64,000 nt of DNA, taken from NCBI GenBank assembly GCA_030141605.1, contig JAQGDQ010000521.1, positions 91,870 to 155,869 on the forward strand. Reading direction: 5' to 3'. Source of the DNA: Tubiluchus corallicola. Its lineage: Eukaryota > Animalia > Priapulida. This document shows positions 59,750 to 64,000 of this stretch, in pieces. How positions within the stretch are numbered: the stretch's first letter is position 1; each line of letters begins with the position of its first letter. The notes beneath the pieces were generated by a model. The model was not told the DNA's origin. It was given only the letters and a program-made list of their open reading frames with translations, and made no database searches. The translations under genes were made by a program, and so were the position numbers.

Positions 59750-61030
59750 GGAAACGTCCTATAATTTCTATAATACTGAAAAATGTCCTATAATTCCTAT
59801 GAAATCATGAATTCTCAATGAAAAGAGAATGTCATTGGTATGCCTTAGGCGCGCATAAATAACAGTTGTCTGTCGCGAAATATGTATGTTTTCACAGAGT
59901 TGGTATTCTCATTGCGTGGTTGATGGTTCTGGTGTATATGCTCTAACGGTGTGTGAACACAAGATTCGAAAATTCCCGAACGGTTAGTACAAAGTTTTTT
60001 ATGTCTGATTATTGTGACATGAAATGGATAGTTTTTTAGGATCACCTAATAAGATGGCCCAATGATAACTGTATGCATTCTGTGGACCTTCAGGCTTCGT
60101 TAATGCAAGCAGCGGTGTATCCATTTTGAGGGCCACATGCATGCTTGCATTTAGTTTTTTTAAAGTAAGCATGACTGCTGTGTTCGTCGAGCAGCAAATC
60201 CGGTGCTACAGTCTTGCTTAAAGGTAAAAAAGACTGTACCAGTAATTCTGACGATGAGAGTCCTGCCCTGGCCATTTCCTCCAGACAAACATATTTGTCT
60301 GCATTTAGGATTCCATTGAAACGCTCTGAACGGGAAAACTCTAGTGATAAAGATCAACCTCTTTTGACTAAAAAGAAAAAGAATAATGATTGAACATAAT
60401 ATCGTCTTGATATCGCTGTTGTTTATATACTGTTTTGTGTATATTGCTGCATGTAGTGATATTCTGCAATAATCGTGCTAAATTTTGTTATTTGACGAAT
60501 CTTTCGTGGGTGCTCATTCATGTTTGAATCTTGCCTCTTTAAATATTCTAAAATTTTAAGATATCAGAGAATTTTCGAACTTTTTGCAATTTCCAATCTG
60601 TGTTTTGCGATTAGACATTCATTCCTTTCATTTAAGTTCTCCAATTTCTAGATATTACATATGTTATCATGTTCTTTAACGAATGCTAGTGGGTTTTGTT
60701 TTAGACATTGTATATCATTTCAGTAAGGGCTCTTCCTGCTCATGTTGTTTTTGTAAAATATAACTTTGAACAATTCCAGGTGGCAAAAGAGCGTACCCAG
60801 AAGTGTATAAGCCGCTCAATGACAATACCAACTTCAACCAAAGAATGCTCTCCTGTTACATGTAGGAAAAATCATTTACTTCTGCAAAGAAATTGTGAAA
60901 ATCACTGTAGTGTAAGGTAGAAACTTTCGTTTTTAAAGGAAAATGTCCTATAATTCCTATATATTTTCAAAAAATGTCCTATATTTTTTAGAATAATGTC
61001 CTATATTTTTGAAAAGCAGTGTACGAGGCG
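59750..61030. mobile_element. Possible non-autonomous DNA element with direct subterminal AATGTCCTATA repeats
   Basis: AAATGTCCTATAATTCCTAT clusters at 59755-59800 and 60941-61007; termini and TSD not resolved; no recognisable protein inside. Confidence 0.45.
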
Positions 61031-62950
61031 TGTGTAAGTGTTGTAGATATGTTAGATTTTAGTTATAACTTTTACTGTCTTGTGGCGAAATTATAAAATG
61101 CACCAAAACAAATGTGTATAGTATAGACCTACAGTCGTTCTATTGATACTGTCATAATTGAAGTCTAACCTAATGTCAATCATTTTCGTTGACTGCCCAC
61201 TCAGCGTGCAAGTTATTTCACACACCCCTGCAGCAGATACGTTTGGGACATTTAGCTGTGCCTAATACTGTTGTGGAAAATGCTCAATTTTTTATTAGTT
61301 AGCAGCAGAAATATTGGCCTGGTTCTAGATTTTATTAATATTATTGTCAATTGAAATAAATCACTGGAAATCTATAGTCTAGTTTCATTTATAGGAAGAA
61401 ATGGACAATGCTTGCATCTATGAGTTGCTGATTAAACTATTTTGCAATCAAAAAAATATGCAGTTTAGTTTAGTTTATGGCTTTGCAAGTTAGACAAAAA
61501 CAACTATTTGATTAACTTTAAATAAGGACAAAACAAAATGTTTTCTTTTCTGGCCAGTTTTTATATACCTCAATAAGATCTTTAGTGTCAAAATTAATTC
61601 AAGTGTAGTCAAAACTTATATTATACATCAATGTAATATTAGTTAATTTTACGCTATTTTTCTGGTTGTAATCATGGTTGGAAAATGCCATTGGGACTTA
61701 TGTAACATTGGCATTCAATATAAGGGTTGTCTATGGAATGGAACAATCAAATTTATTCCATTTCTGTAGCCTAACAAATGGAAAAATACAAAAATTTAAG
61801 AAACCTTGCAGACGAGGGCGAGATCAATTAATGGAGAAAAAATACTTTGCAAGCATGATGTTCGTATGTTCAAGGGAAAGATAGACTTAATATTTTTGTT
61901 GCTTATTTATTGTAAAGCAAGGCTAACTGGCTTAGTTTATTTATTATACTTATACATTTATTATATTTTATAGTGCCTTGAAACTTCTTCTCTACATTTT
62001 GTTTAAATTGAAAAGTCATTTTTTGGCTACTTGAAGTGTTAATTTCATGTAAAAATAGCTGCTGCTCTGCAAATTTGTGTTTATGAAAATATACAATCAG
62101 TTTATCTGCTGATTAGAAATTTCTTGTGACTGTCATGTTGTTTAGTTTAGTTTAGCTTAGTTCTGAAAGTTGTTGTCCAGCTTGAGCTGTTGTCCCAAAT
62201 GCTGCTGAGCGTGCTTACGTCACAGCAGAGGCAGAGCAATAGACCAATATGTTATATGTCATTTGTGGTAATGCGAATATACTGGATGGATACTCATATA
62301 GAAACTCCATGGTACAGGTACTTTCCACAAAGTGATCATAACTAAAGATTTCGACTTTGGTAAGGTTGGTGCATCAATCAGCATAAATTATTCCATTCGT
62401 TCACTACTCTCGCAATGTCTTTTACACATAATTAACTGAATCGTTATTGATTTTAAATCAACAATTAAATTAAAGAGATTTTCAGGCAAAGTTTTTTCTC
62501 TCCTGCAACTCTTCAGTAAAATCTGCAGAGTTGCTTTTAGTGGACGACATTTTGTGGAGAGATTTCTTAGCCAACATATGGTCTTAATAGTTTACAGTCA
62601 CGTGAAGTAAAATCATAGAAATCATTGCTGAGCGCTGCCTTTGAAGGTAGCTTATATTCTGCTTCTAGAAGATACCCCAAGTCTTACTAAATGTATGTAG
62701 TAGTTAATTTGAAAGATTAGCAAGCAGACCGGCTAGTTTATAAGGCATATGATCTCCTTATAAATTAATGTTTTTCATGCTTATTTTTTCTTTATGACTC
62801 CCAGTTTTAACTTTGCTCACTAATCTTATTCAAGGTTGCTCATAGTGAGACCCCGTTTTAACTACTATTCACAATAGTCCTAATTACCAAAATATTTTTC
62901 AGTTCATTCCCCATTTCTTTCATAAAACATATAATAAATAAACAAAATTG

Positions 62951-62984
<34 letters not shown>

Positions 62985-62985
62985 G
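62951..62985. repeat. (TTG)n microsatellite
   Basis: About 11 perfect TTG units. Confidence 0.95.
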
Positions 62986-63264
62986 AACATCATCAAAAAT
63001 ATTTTGCTTGACAACATTGATGGACTACTACCTCCCCATTATAATTCTATTTGCCATATGATCTTTCATTTCCTTCAACTTAAGCCAATGACATATATAC
63101 ACACATTTTGTCTGTTTATTATTTACCTTTATTATTTTGTTTGCAATTACTCATCGTTCATTTTTTTAGTTCAAGCTAATGTTTTGCTTTCTTGCTTATC
63201 AATTTTTTGTTGTTGTCATCAAAAAATGTTTCTGTTTGATTGTAAACACTGATATACTGATATA

Positions 63265-63792
63265 CAGTGGACTCTCGTTATAAGAATCACCTCGGGAGAA
63301 GGCAAAGTGATTCTTATAACAAGCGATTCTTATAACGAGCATGACCCAGAATTGCTTTCAAATTTTTTTATGCACATAAAAATTATTTATTTCCCGAAAT
63401 TACGCTAGAAACGACATGAAACAGCATAATGTTTTTCTGGCCTAAAAAGGACCTAAAAATTCCTAGACTAATGTTTTTATTTCATGGTTGGGTAAATATT
63501 TCATGATGCCAGAATTGTCTTAAAATTTTTTTAATGCACATAATTTTTTTTCCGAAATTGTGCTGGAGACGACAGAAAACTCTACATCTACGCCCACTGC
63601 TCAGAACCATGTAAGCAGGGCGTGAGAGACAATGGAGTTGGCGCCAAAATTGATTCTACTATCGAAAGAAGGGTGATTCTTATACGAGCAGATTTTCACT
63701 AGGAAAATGCCGATTCAATTCGGGAAACGCGATTTTGATTCTTATATCGAGCTGATTCTTATACGTGTGATTCTTGTAACGAGAGTCCACTG
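63265..63792. mobile_element. Tc1/mariner Tigger-type MITE
   Basis: TA|CAGTGGACTCTCGTTATAAGAATCAC ... GTGATTCTTGTAACGAGAGTCCACTG|TA (26-bp TIR, 1 mismatch); many internal GATTCTTATA repeats. Confidence 0.92.
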
Positions 63793-63888
63793 TATATTTG
63801 CCATTGTTATTTTATTTGCAAGCATCGCTCGTCATTCACTCATTTTAGTCTGAGTTTATAGTAATGGTTTATTATTTTGCTTAACACG

Positions 63889-64000
63889 TTTGCTGTCGTC
63901 TCCAGCACAATTTCGGAAAAAAAATTATGTGCATTAAAAATTTTTTAAGGCAATTCTGGCATCATGAAATATTTACCCAACCATTAAATAAAAACATTAG
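63889..64000 (-). mobile_element. Inverted partial copy of the preceding MITE interior
   Basis: Reverse complement matches about 63468-63578 (CTAATGTTTTTATTT..GGTAAATATTTCATGATGCCAGAATTG..GTGCTGGAGACGACAG); runs off the window edge. Confidence 0.85.

Noticed and set aside
60090-60357. Short minus-strand ORFs as exons of a fifth gene
   Set aside because: No recognisable motifs or consistent splice chain; they lie within a probable repeat.
62180-62620. TTACGTCA and GTCACGTGA motifs as another promoter
   Set aside because: Isolated short motifs with no linked exon that I can identify in this window.

Overview
AT-rich, intron-containing animal (probably protostome invertebrate) genomic DNA; no prokaryotic features. 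Four spliced protein-coding genes were reconstructed by hand with GT-AG junctions and phases checked. (1) twisted gastrulation (tsg/TWSG1), minus strand, running off the left edge. (2) A 9-coding-exon SLC6 nutrient amino-acid transporter (SLC6A15/17/18/19-like, 681 aa, + strand 4640-20972), head-to-head with tsg across a short shared promoter near 3.2-3.45 kb. (3) A 12-exon RING/B-box/coiled-coil/NHL gene that is a mei-P26 (NHL-2) ortholog rather than brat (about 943 aa, minus strand 29994-46063), convergent with the SLC6 gene across about 9 kb of probable long 3' UTRs. (4) Mitochondrial carrier SLC25A43 (332 aa, minus strand 48473-52068). The right quarter is a transposon nest: a CR1/L2 3' remnant, then a full-length but decayed Ty3/Gypsy (Mag-like) element with 120-bp LTRs (118/120 identical, TG...TA ends, 5-bp TSD). 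Its gag is split by an unrelated 371-bp solo LTR carrying heat-shock elements just upstream of a TATA box. Introns hold hAT-, Tigger/pogo- and Kolobok-like MITEs, a foldback-like element and microsatellites. I see no wholly new protein system; the best leads are regulatory: the HSE solo LTR, the young-LTR/dead-ORF contrast, a long hairpin in the probable mei-P26 3' UTR, and uORFs at a bidirectional promoter.
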